Below, piece by piece: positions 47,688 through 59,724 of a DNA stretch of 64,000 bases; within the stretch, counting starts at the first letter, position 1; every line of letters begins with the position of its first letter. This DNA is from Anthoceros angustus. Its lineage: Eukaryota; Plantae; Anthocerotophyta. The DNA is taken from NCBI GenBank assembly GCA_010909165.1, contig MU008169.1:1550001-1614000 (forward strand). Direction: 5' to 3'. A program made the position numbers and the translations under genes. The notes beneath the pieces are model-generated. The model was not told the DNA's origin and made no database searches. It saw only the letters and a list, made by a program, of their open reading frames with translations.

Positions 47688-50600
47688 TCACGGCCTACCC
47701 TTACAACTGCAATAACCAGCTGCAAATCGATGCACACGGTACCTATCCCTTACAACAATGCGTCTCTGTTCAAGCCTTGACATGATCTCCGTGGAACTGT
47801 GGCAGTCACTGCACATGCGTAGATTCTTCATTACCACCAGAGGTGTCCCACTTGGAGTGTTCCAGAGACCAGACGCTAGAGCTAGCTTCTCAGCATGCCC
47901 GCAAAGCTCATCTTCCTTTTCCTTCTCACACACTGGCCTCAACACCAACTTTGTGTGAGGTACGTGGCCTCCTTCCTGCTTCAAACGTGCATTGGTGCTC
48001 TCTACCTTTAGAGCAATATCCTCTCTCCTTTCTCCCACCAGAAATCGATGTACCTCCGTATTCGCTTCAATAGTTGCCATTCCAGGTTTCTTTTCAGCTC
48101 CTGCTGCCCTTCTCTGTGTTTCAATCCTGTCTACATCGGTCCACCTTCCTGCATCTCCATAGGCATTGGCCGTGAGCACATAGGCGGCCGCTTCCTGGGG
48201 GTCCAGCCTAACAATGCTGTCAAAACACCACATCGCCTTCTCTACATCCCCGTGACTTTTGCAGGCATTCGACAAAGACATCAAGCCCACAACATTACTT
48301 TGGCCATCACATGATGGTAGCATCTTCTCTGCCTCATCTAACTCGCCAGCACGCCCAAGAAGATCAATCGTGCAGGTGTAAGGCTCAATAATAGGTTTGA
48401 TGCCATGCTGTTCAGCCATGGAATCAAAGTGCTTGCGACCCTCGTGGACCAGCCCTCACGACTGCATGCTACTAAAAGGCCACTACAAGTAGCATCAATA
48501 GGCTGAACACTGGCAACTAACATGTCCTCAAAACAAGCTAGTGCATTGTGACCACCATCACAAGCACCATACCCAGATATCAGGGCATTCCATGTCACCG
48601 CATCCTTTGCGGCCATGCTGTCAAAAACCTGCCGTGCATCTTCCAGTTCACAACATTTAGCGTACATGTTCACCAGGCATTTACCCAACACTACGTTATC
48701 CAGCAGTCCTCTTTCAACTATCTGTGAGTGCAGCTGCCTGCCCTTCTGTAAGCACCAGTGCTTGCACAGGCTTTCAGAAGGCAAGCAAAAATAACATCGT
48801 TAGCCCAAAGCAGGCCCTCCTGCTCCATTTGTCCATACACAACAAGCGCCTCTTGGCCGAGTCATTGCTGTGCATACCCAGCGATCAGTGCTGTCCATGT
48901 CACCACATCCTTTGTGTCAAGCTGTCAAAAACCTGGCGTGCATCTTCCAGTTCACCACATTTTGCATACATGTCCACCAGTGCCCACCACTGCGTGATCC
49001 AGCAGTCCTCTTTTGATAACCTTCAGAAGGCAAGCAAAAGTAACATGGTTAGCCAAAATCAGGCCCTCCTGCTCCATTTGTCCATACACAACAAGCGCCT
49101 CTTGGCCGAGTCCTTGCATACCCAGCAATCAGGGCATTCCATGTCACCACATCCTTTGCCATGCTGTCAAAAACCTGTTCAGTTCACCACATTTTGCATA
49201 CATGTCCACCAGGCAGTTGCCCACCACTGCGTTATCCAGCAGTCCTCTTTCAACAATCTGTGAGTGCAGCTGCCTGCCCTTCTGTAAGGCCCCAGTGCTT
49301 GCACAGGCTTTCAGAAGGCAAGCAAAATTAACATGGTTAGCCCAAAGCAGGCCCTCCTGCTCCATTTGTCCATACACAACAAGCGCCTCTTGGCCGAGTC
49401 ATTGCTGTGCATACCCAGCGATCAGTGCTGTCCATTTCACCACATCCTTTGTAGTCAAGCTGTCAAAAACCTGGCGTGCATCTTCCAGTTCACCACATTT
49501 CGGATACATGTCCACCAGGCAGTTGCCCACCACTGCGTGATCCAGCAGTCCTCTTTTGATAACCTTCAGAAGGCAAGCAAAAGTAACTTGGTTAGCTAAA
49601 ATCAGCCCCTCCTGCTCCATTTGTCCATACACGACAAGTGCCTCATGTCCCCACATTTTGCATACCCAACTATCAGGGCATTCCATGTCACCACATTCTT
49701 TGTGGCCATGCTGTCAAAAACCTGGCGTGCATCTTTCAGTTCACCACATTTTGCATACATGTCCACCAGGCTGGTGCTAACCAGCCAGTCATTAGGAATG
49801 CCACTGTGCAACACATCCGAGTGCACTGTTCTGCCAGATTCCAAGTCGGCAGCAAAGGCACAAGCTTGAAGGGCAGCTACAAAGACGTGAGCATCCACCT
49901 TCACTCCTACGCATCTCATGATACAGTTGTACTGCCTCATCAGGTTTCCCATGCTTAGCATGTGCAGAGATTATGGAAGACCACATGAAGGCATCTGGTT
50001 TGCCCACCACTGCGTGATCCAGCAGTCCTCTTTTGATAACCTTCAGAAGGCAAGCAAAAGTAACATGGTTAGCCAAAATCAGCCCCTCCTGCTCCATTTG
50101 TCCATACACAACAAGTGCCTCATGTCCCCCTTTGCATACCCAGCTATCAGGGCATTCCATGTCACCACATTCTTTGTGGCCATGCTGTCAAAAACCTGGC
50201 GTGCATCTTTCAGTTCACCACATTTTGCATACATGTCCACCAGGCTGGTGCTAACCAGCCAGTCATTAGGAATGCCACTGTGCAACACATCCGAGTGCAC
50301 TGTTCTGCCAGATTCCAAGTCGGCAGCAAAGGCACAAGCTTGAAGGGCAGCTACAAAGACGTGAGCATCCACCTTCACTCCTACGCATCTCATGATACAG
50401 TTGTACTGCCTCATCAGGTTTCCCATGTTCAGCACTGGCAGAGATGATGGAAGACCACGTGAAAACATCTGGTTTGCCTACCCTGGTGAACACATCCATG
50501 GCCTCCTCTAGCCTGCCTCCACATGCATACATGCGCAAGATATGGTTCCCCACGCATGCAATCGACTCGTACCCAAGTTTGACACTGAGATCATGAACTC

Positions 50601-51223
50601 GTCGATAAACCACATCCTACCTGGCTGTACACAGTTTTAGCACAGTGCAAAACAGAGACTGAGAAATAACAGAGTCTGTCTGCGCCAGAGATTCCAGGGG
50701 TGCAACAGCCTCAGAAAGCCTCCTCTGCTGACATAACATGCTCAAGGTTCCAGCCGTTACCACGCCCGATCCTGCTCGCCTGCCAGGTTCAAGCTTGTCC
50801 GGAGAGCTGGACTCGGAAGGAGAGGCAACAATACCCATCTGAATATACAAGGAAACGAGTGTTCATCAACCCAAGCTGGCTTAAACAGGCTGTTTAACCA
50901 CAGGACCTCGCCGGACCTCTTACGACGGAAGTCAGGGGAATGGTCTTAGCTCGTCTGTTGTCCCACCACATGGCAGGGTCCAGAAAAAATTGTTGCCACA
51001 ACTGCTCCTGCTCCTGGCAACGACTATCGCTAGAAAACCCGTCCCTACCCACACACTTTCTCGGAAGTGGAAGTGCTGGGCTCCTTACAATGCTGAGCAC
51101 AGAGGCTTTGTTTGCCAGGGGCTGACTCTCTAACATGAGGTGAGCGGGAGCTCCTCGTAGAATCCCTGTACACACACCAATTTGATGGGTCCACAGCGGT
51201 TCCGGTTGCCATACTGTGGCCAT
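47688..51223 (-). pseudogene. Intronless PDF-motif + PLS-PPR + E + DYW:KP (GRP-ending) RNA-editing factor gene with multiple frameshifts (pseudogene or mis-assembled)
   Basis: PLS triplets (LVDMYAKCGELKDARQVFDSM...NVVTWNALI), KKPGMATIE, HAEKLA, CSDCH and C-terminal CSCKGRP*. N-terminal WQQFF.DP..WWDNR..K / PDFRRKRSGEVLWL. The frame is broken several times. Confidence 0.9.
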
Positions 51224-51936
51224 CGTTCAGGGCCCGCTGTCGGAAGATGGGTCTAACGACAGCCTATGACAGAATGCCCAGGAACTGTGTATGGCCACAC
51301 CATTCGAGCGTATAGGGTAGTTAGGGGGTGCAAGGACAAGACAAGGCCGCTCACAAACGCGTCCCCTCTACACGCACTAGCCCGCAGCCTTCACAGCAGG
51401 CAGGCCAGGGTTGGTGGACTGACCAGGACGGTGAATGGCACCGCCCACAAAGCTGCTGAACAGCGGGCAGTTGCGCTGTGCTCAGAACCTGGGAAAATTC
51501 TGCAGAACAGCAAGGCTGGACTGCACCTGGAGAAGCTAGCATTGGCACCTCCTCCTGGACCTGCACCGGAGGATGTAGCATTGGCACCTGCAACTTTCTT
51601 CCAGGCATGGTCATTCTTGACGAAGGTCAGCTGATGAAGACGGAAGTGCCACAAGGTTGGACGACGTCGCAGGGCTCGGACAGGTGGCAGTGACGGACAG
51701 ACAGAGCTGCGTGGACAACTCTGTCCTGCCCGAACACGAGCTCGTCTCAGCACTTTAGTGTAGCAACGGAGCCATCAGTTGGCCTAGTCGTCACCACACG
51801 TCAGTTGCGAAGAGGAGCAATAAATGTGACCTAATTCCAATCCGAGGCAGATGCGAGTCCCGGCAGCTGCAGCGGCCTGTTTGTTACGAGTAAGTGCGGC
51901 AAGGAAATTCGCGGAACGATTCGCAGGCGGAAGAGC

Positions 51937-52696
51937 ATGACGGACAGGAGCATTTTGCACAGGCTGGGAACGAGGCAGGATGCCTTGGTGGTGGGAAATC
52001 TGTACGTGAAGGCGGTGCCTCCACCAGATTTGAATAAGAACACCTCCTGGTTTCTGTACCCCGGCGTGTGGACCACGTACATCATCATCATCTTCGCCTC
52101 CTGGCTCATCATCTTCTCAGTGTTCAGTGTGGAGGCAGGCACTGCCTGGAGCATTGTTAACCTCATCCACGCTACGGTGAGTGACCCCCCCGGGAATGCT
52201 TGCCCTAGTGCCATTTCCGCATGCAGCGCTGCCCTAGCTGAGCCTTGCGTTGCCTTGCCCTGTGTGACGTGATGATCAGGTGACCTACCGATTTTTCCAC
52301 TGGAAGAAGGGCACACCCTTTGCAGAAGACCAGGGGGAGTACAGTATGCTCACATGGTGGGAGCAAGTAGATGATGGGAGGCAGTTAACTCGCAACAGGA
52401 AGTTTCTGACTGTGGTCCCTGTTGTTCTGTAAGTTCCCCTCACCCACTCTATGTTGTTTGCAAGGACTCAGCCTTGGCTTGAATGGATGTCCGAGAGCTC
52501 GTCATGGTACCTGACCTTGTGCCTTCCCTGCCCTTCTGCCCTCCTGTGTAGGTACTTGATGGCATCTCATACCACAGACTACAGGATGCCCTGGCTCATC
52601 CCTAACACCATTGCAGTATTCGTGATGGTGGTAGCAAAGTTTCCCAACATGCACCGAGTTCGGATTTTCGGAATAAATTCGGACTACCCAACATGA
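51937..52696 (+). CDS. ORM: ORM/ORMDL copy 2 (3 exons), inverted paralogue of 45175-45954
   Basis: Same motifs and intron positions as copy 1; introns align closely. Confidence 0.95.
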
Positions 52697-53136
52697 TGTG
52701 CAACAGATCGCAGGTGTTTGCTGCGCCGTTCTGGGTGATGGTATCTTAGTATATGACTGTAAAAAATGTTTATGCCATCCAGATTCGTGGTTTTAGATTA
52801 TACGGATGTTGGCTCTCTCCTGTCCTGCTCAGCAAGAGGCCATTATGTAAGTGTCGAAGTGTTGTGTGCGGCATCGGCGTTGATTCATCTCCGGATTCGC
52901 AAGACAATGGATACTTCTGGGGCCGTGGAAACCATAGCTGGGTTATTTTGTACAGTGATTCCTTAGGTAACCGAAGCACATCTACCTGGAATGAGATCCT
53001 TTGTAACTCCTTGTGATATTTGTCAACTTAGAATTTCTTTCTGAACTTCTTCTTCGTCCTTACGGGCACTGTCAACAAACGTCCCTGCAGTTGTGAAGAA
53101 ACCCTGGCAGTTTCAGAGCCAGATGAGGAATGTGAC

Positions 53137-53467
53137 ATGCCATCCCAAATAGGGGACAACCTGGAACGCTGGCCCTCGGGGTCATGTCCTGCATGGACGT
53201 TGGCCAACTTTACAGAACTTAAAGCTCGTTTCTTTGTGGAGGAATTCGGACAGGCCTTTTCTCCTCACGTCCGAACTCAAGACACAGGAGGAGATGACCA
53301 AGAATTGTTGTTGTCCAGTCTGGAAGTGGATATCGGTACCATGACAGGAGAAGTAGAACGAGAAGGCTGCCTTCTGAGAGCGCGCACATCGTAGCCGTGT
53401 CGATGACATGCCTGCATCCGAAGTGGTGCCAACATGGAGAGTAAACTTCAATAAAATTCTTTTTTCT
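53137..53467 (+). mobile_element. Retroelement gag-like fragment followed by the retroposon 3' tail
   Basis: WTLANFTELKARFFVEEFG resembles a retrotransposon gag helix. Ends GAGTAAACTTCAATAAAATTCTTTT. Confidence 0.35.
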
Positions 53468-53639
53468 GTGTACCTATCTAAATCATAAAATGCGTCACGA
53501 CCATTCGAGTACGCTGTGTCTTTGTTCTGGGACAGGTTTCGTGCTCGTTACTCTAGCAGGTTCATACATACATATAACACTTCTCCATTTACCTGTCGGG
53601 TCGCCGTCGTGCTCGGAACTGGAACTGGAAGCCCTGGCG

Positions 53640-55735
53640 ATGGCGGCTCTGGCGCCTGTGGGCGTGGTGCCCTGCTCCAGCGGCTATGTCACGCTCCGCC
53701 TGCAGCGAGGTTCGGGGCGGAGTGCCAGGCCCGGGCTCAGGTCGAGTCCGGTGCGCATGGCGCTCACGGAGGACGGCCCCAGCGTGGCCGTGGTGGGAGT
53801 GACGGGAGCTGTGGGGCAGGAATTCCTCAGCGTGCTCGCGGATCGCAACTTCCCCTACCGATCCCTCAAGCTTCTTGCCAGCAAGAGATCGGCAGGGAAG
53901 CACATTGAGTTCCAGGTCAGCTCCCTGTAGGGAAAATGGAGCCGTGTGTGTGGAAGCTGAGCAGGCGCTCAGGTGAGCCCGATGGTGGTTCGCTCTGCAG
54001 GGACGGACGTACGAGGTGGAGGAGCTCGGGGAGCAGAGTTTCCAGGGTATCGACATTGCGCTCTTCAGTGCCGGGGGATCTATAAGGTGAGGAGGAGCGT
54101 TTGTGCGCTTCTGCTCGTGTGACATTTTTGTGGCTGAGCGCGCTCGCTTCTTCATTGCAGCAAGCAGTTCGGGCCCCTGGCAGCTGAGAGCGGGTCGGTT
54201 GTGGTGGATAACAGCTCGGCATTCCGGATGGTGGACGATGTGCCGTTGATAGTTCCGGAGGTTGGCAGCTTCCGTTTCGTCTGGTTGTTGATGTGTGTGT
54301 GTCTGCGGGCGTCTTGTCGGTTGTTCTGAGTTTTGGTGGAATGTACGGGGGTTCTCTCCTTTCATGTTGGCCTTAATGAGTGGTTGTTTGGATAGGTGAA
54401 TGCTGATGCCATGGCTCATATCAGGTTGAGTAATAAGAAAGGGGCTCTCATTGCCAACCCTAACTGTTCGACGATTATATGCCTCATGGCCGCAACTCCT
54501 TTGCATCGGCATGCCAAGGTTGTTTTCCTGGACCCTCTGCGACAGTGATGTCACATCTTGCACGAGTTGGTGCACGGTGCCATCTCAGTGCTATTGCTTC
54601 ATGGCTGGCAGGTCAAGAGAATGGTGGTGAGTACCTATCAGGCTGCCAGTGGAGCAGGTGCTGCGGCCATGGCAGAGCTTGAATTGCAGACACGAGAGGT
54701 GTTCTGAGTTTTTTTTTTTTTCCCCTGGCAGCTCCTTTCTGTCCACTGATCTGTTCGGTCTGTGCGAGATGCTGATATGTTGTTTACCATGTATTGCAGG
54801 TGCTGGAAGGAAAGGAACCTACCTGCAACATCTTCTCTCGTCAGGTCAGCTACCTTACAACAGTGCCTGAAATGGGTGTTGTGGGCTTGAACTTTCTTTG
54901 GCTTCCCAGAATGAAGCCATCCTAGTGTCTCAAAATAGCGTTAACGTGATGTGGTTCAGTATGCGTTCAACCTGTTTTCACATAACTCGGCAGTGACATC
55001 AAATGGTTACAACGAAGAGGAAATGAAGTTGGTGAAAGAGACGCGCAAAATCTGGGTATCATGTCTCTCCGATCTGGTGTGAGAGTCTTCGGAGGTGTAC
55101 TGTATTTCATAGTTGTGCTCCAGTAATGTTTCAGGTATTGTTGCGCAGAACGATCCAGATGTCAAGGTGACAGCCACCTGTATTAGAGTGCCCGTGATGC
55201 GTGCTCATGCTGAGAGCATCAACTTGCAGTTTGAGAGGCCGTTGGATGAGGTAATCCTCTGCGCCCCATGTTGATACAGATACTTCCAAGGCTTTGGCTG
55301 CTTGGAGGAATCTTCCATGTAAATGTGAACGCACGCCCTTCACAGGAAACTGCACGAGAGATACTGCACTCAGCTCAGGGGGTCATCGTTATTGATGACC
55401 GTAGTGCAAATAACTTTCCAACCCCATTGGAGGTATGCTTATGTGCTCTTCATCACATTATTGCCGCGAATGTGCGCACAAGCTCAATAGTTGTGGCCTG
55501 GTGTTATAGGTGTCGAGTAAGGATGCCGTAGCTGTTGGCAGGATACGACATGACATCTCACAGGAGGGAAACTATGGGTGAGTGCTAGTGTCTAGGGGTT
55601 ATGTTTTCTCCCTAATGATTTATCGTATCTCACTGTGTGTATTCCTTCGACAGGCTGGATTTGTTTGTGTGTGGTGACCAAATTCGCAAGGGGGCTGCTC
55701 TGAATGCAGTGCAAATTGCAGAGAAACTGCTGTAG
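53640..55735 (+). CDS. ASD: Plastid aspartate-semialdehyde dehydrogenase, multi-exon
   Basis: [66 protein letters not shown] and [18 protein letters not shown]. Confidence 0.97.
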
Positions 55736-56546
55736 TGTGCAGCAGCCGAGATTTTTGATTGAGCCAGCCGGTAGCTGCCGGCATCTTAACCAGTGTGCCG
55801 CTGAGCGCTACAAGTTTTTGGCTGAAGACGAGAGGTTATTCTCCCAAGCTGGCGGGATCCTGCGGGAAAGCGGATAACTACTGCTCAGTTCTTTTCTTTT
55901 CTTTTTGGCTCCTTCTGGATGCGAAGGTGTGGAAGAGCCCACGGCAAGAGCGAACTGAATAAGCTCGAAAGAGGGGCTCAGGTGCTCGCTCCAGCTGCAC
56001 CATGTTCACAGAATTCTTGCTGTTCTCCTGTTGCAGCTCCTCCGATGGTTCAGCTTGCTTGGGTCGAGGGGATCTGGTGACTGGTTGTCGTATCGTTTCA
56101 GTAACTGCAGCGAAATACGAATGTAGGCATACTCTTCGGCACTGTGTTGGCTTGTCAGATGAGTCAAAGATGGTCTTTTATTGCCATAGTTTTGTCTGTA
56201 AATGGATTTGTTTTTAACTTTCAATTTTTTTTCTTTCGTTGTCGATCAAACATCTCATGTTAAACAATACAAAGTAGAAAGTGGAACCGGGTTAACGACG
56301 AGGGCGTCTCTCGTTTCCGACGAAAAAGAAAGTTCATGTGAAGAAAAAGAGGGGTAGGGACATGAAGTCACATGGTACATGTTTGTTAATCTGACAAGAC
56401 ACGAATGACCACAAGCTGCTGGCTGCGAGATAATACAGCAAGTTGCGGAGACTCGAGGCAGTGGCCCGAAGAATGTAACAATTGAAACACCTTGCTTAGG
56501 TGTAAAGAAATGGAAAGCCATATCAAAATTTTAGGCCAACAATGTG

Positions 56547-58806
56547 TCAGCCCCCTCCAGCTGTATCCATGTCCACAGCACCCCCTTCCTCCCTGAATGA
56601 AACACGTAACCTCAGCACCCCCGCAAGCTTCTTGTCGTTGACGTTGATGACACCACCCCCCGATCCTCCCATGAGGCTGAAAAGAGACTCACCAAGATTG
56701 GGCCTAGTCATCTCTTCCAAGACCTGAGGGGCCTGCATGTATAAATTGTTACCTCCATGGGATATACTTGGCTTGAATATCTTCCCTTCGAACCGTGCAT
56801 CTTTCACCAGCATGTCCATGAACTGAACACAAACACAGCATGCTTAGAAGCCCATTCAAGGCTCGGCGAAGTTTCAAGCCCAAATCCTCCACGCCCATAC
56901 CTTTTGAAGAGTGATTGACGAGTCCACCTCAAGCGGAACACCAGGACTACAAACTAGGCAGACCTCATTCCGGTCGTAACAACCTGTGTATGTGTACACT
57001 CCTTGTGTTCCCACGTACCTGTGGAACACAAGCAGACGTCAAGCTCCCTACAAGGATGACTGGTCTGCACGTATGCACGGACCAACTCCCTGGAAACGAA
57101 GGTTATAGTTTGACCCATACATCATATAGTTATCCATTCCCCGGGCACACATTGTGGCGATTTTTAACGTCTCCAGAGCACAAGCTGCTGCAACAATGGC
57201 ATTTGTCGAAGCTATGGCAGGGATGATATTCTTCACAACACCCTGAACGGAGAGTCATCAGACAAGACAATCCTCAGTAACATGTGGCAGGGACCTTCCC
57301 ATCTCATTCCCAACAAAATGAAATCCACATTGCCGACCTGTGTTAAGGAGTATGTGACACCCGATATATGGAACACTTCAGCTCTGTTAAGAGCCTGCAA
57401 AGCCACGAAAACGGGTTATCACAGTACAGGGGACAACGCTGTCAATCAACCAATAGTGACAAAGGGCAGTGTCTTTGCCCAGCTTGTGTCTCAAATTTAC
57501 CAGCTATAGGTACCTGCTCGTATATCCACCTCATGTGTTCAGAGTTATCAGCATCAAACTCGTCACCAGTTCGATCCTGGATAACAAACCTGGGTAAAAT
57601 AAGTCCTTCGTGCACGACGCCCAAGCAGCGAAAAACATCTACATCACAGCAGCAACGGCACTGGCTCTCGTACCTGACCCCACTGGATCAAGTGAACATA
57701 CTCAATACAGTGGGCTGGCGATCGCGGAGTCTCCGCAAGAGTGCACAAAGGAAAAGTAACCTGAGGCGGAAAAAGCCAAAGGGTGCAATGGAAACAAGGA
57801 GTGATCCCAGGCAAGATCACCCGGGCATGGCCCTTAAATCCTTCGGTACCACCGTCCACCATAGGCTTGACGGTCGACAAGTCAGGACTCCCGTCAGCTT
57901 CATATTCTGGCACCCACACCGCCACCCCATGCATCCATTTACTTCCACTTTCATAACCCTCGAAGTCCAGAAAAGAACGACACCCGCCCTAGCCCGAAGG
58001 ACGCACAATCCGCACATACCAAGGAACCCGCAGACAACAGAATTGATGTAGCTCCTAGCCTCCAGGGAGTCTAAGCCAAGCACTATAATCTGAAACTGCC
58101 GATAAAACTCCACATCCTTCTCCTCTATACGACAGAAATGAGGGACTACGTTAACCCCTCGCACCCGCTGCATAATCCTCTCTGCAGCTACAACAGCCTT
58201 TGGCTTCCCGACATCTGGCATCCTGCATCGTCCAACCAGTAAGCCACCACTCCACACCACACCAGTCACACCTCCACCTTCACCTTCCATACCAGCCACC
58301 CCCGCGCTCACCTGAAGAGAAACTGGCGATTCAAATTGGACACGTCTATCGTATCCATGTCGATGACCTCGATGTTCCCGAACCCCGACAACGCCAGATC
58401 CTTGAGAAGCTCGCACCCGAGCCCTCCCGCTCCGATCACCAGCACCTTGCAGTCGTTTTGCAGCATTTCCCGCATCTGCAAGCCAGGGCCACAGGCGTCC
58501 GTGAGAAGGAATTGCCGCCGCAGCTGGCGCCGGAGCGCAAGCGGCAGCAGGTTCCGGCATCCTTACCTCCGGGCCGGGCTCGAAGCCGGGCCCCGTGAGA
58601 GGCCCCGGGCGCAGGAGGAGGCAGTCGAGGTCGCGCCATCGGCCCTGCGGCGCGGCCCTGGCCTCTGCCATGCCCCTGCCACTTGCGATGCCGCCGCTGT
58701 TCTGCTCCTGACCCTGACCCTGCTCTTGCCCTTGCTCTTGCTCTTGCTCCGCCTCCTCCTCCTCTCCCAGCCCCTGATCGTCTATCTCCCGCAGGCGCTT
58801 CGTCAT
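56547..58806 (-). CDS. ECR1: NEDD8/RUB-activating enzyme E1 catalytic subunit, multi-exon
   Basis: [65 protein letters not shown] and [12 protein letters not shown]. Confidence 0.96.
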
Positions 58807-59209
58807 GGCGGACGCCTCACACTCCCTTATGCTCGGGCTCCACATCCAAGCCAGTCTCCTTAGGGAAAAAGGGGTCCTGGGGGCCTCCTCCCCGGTTGCC
58901 GGTTCAACCCCAGGCCCAGGCCTCCTCCTCCCTCCCACTCGACCCACATCGAATCCCCGGCAGAAATACAGATCATTTGTACTCTCCAAACAAGTCTCAA
59001 GTCTCAACCGCATTTGCGTACATAAGGAGTTGGATAAAATCTTTAGAGAGGCCGTCGTTCTATAGGTGATCATTTTGTAGTAAAGAGAACCTACCATGTG
59101 AAATTAGACTTACGAAAGATACAATGGGTTGAAAGTACTATCTTCTAGGAAAATCCCAATCACCAATCTAAATCCAAGTCCTCTCATCCAAGATTGCGCA
59201 TCCCAATCA

Positions 59210-59724
59210 CTAATCAGCCAAGACTACAATGTCTAAGTTCTTCCAAGACTGCTCTCTCTGACCACCAATATTTTTGGCAAATGGTTCTCTCATGTGTGAT
59301 GAGCTCACTTTCTCCATTCCATCGTGTACCACTAAATCTACCACCTCCAAGTGCAATTGACAAAGTCCTTTTTCTACCCTCTTTTTGTTTACAACTAAAC
59401 CTCCTGCCATAGTCTCCTTATTGACGACAGTAGCCTCTGAACCTTTGTCCACAATGGAAGGACCATAGGGGTCCGTGATTGGCTGTGTTTCAACTTCTAG
59501 GGCAGGTTTGATTGACTTGATAAAATCTTTCACCGCTTTACTTCGTACCTCGAATGGTTGTATCAAGTAAGTAAGCTTCTTTTTCGCTAGCATAGGACCA
59601 ATACAAATGCCAACTACAGCTCGTTTTCTGGTGAGTTTGAAGCTGCCTACAATAAAAATTTGTGACCTACATATAGCCGATCAAATGTACCTCCCAATAT
59701 GATAGCATCATAAATATCGGCCAT
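59210..59724 (-). pseudogene. COAD: Intronless, disabled phosphopantetheine adenylyltransferase copy (probable processed pseudogene)
   Basis: MADIYDAIILGGTFDRLYVGHKFLL*AAS, a frameshift near 59635, then RAVVGICIGPML...PITDPYGPSIVD...KETMAGG..VNKKR. The HxGH motif is altered to YVGH. Confidence 0.88.

Noticed and set aside
47688-51223. Idea that the PPR frameshifts are repaired by RNA editing
   Set aside because: This is a nuclear gene, and plant organellar editing is substitutional and cannot fix indels.
57817-59097. 426-aa ORF from the track as one protein
   Set aside because: It is read-through of ECR1 exons and introns from an upstream non-ATG start; the spliced ECR1 model explains it.
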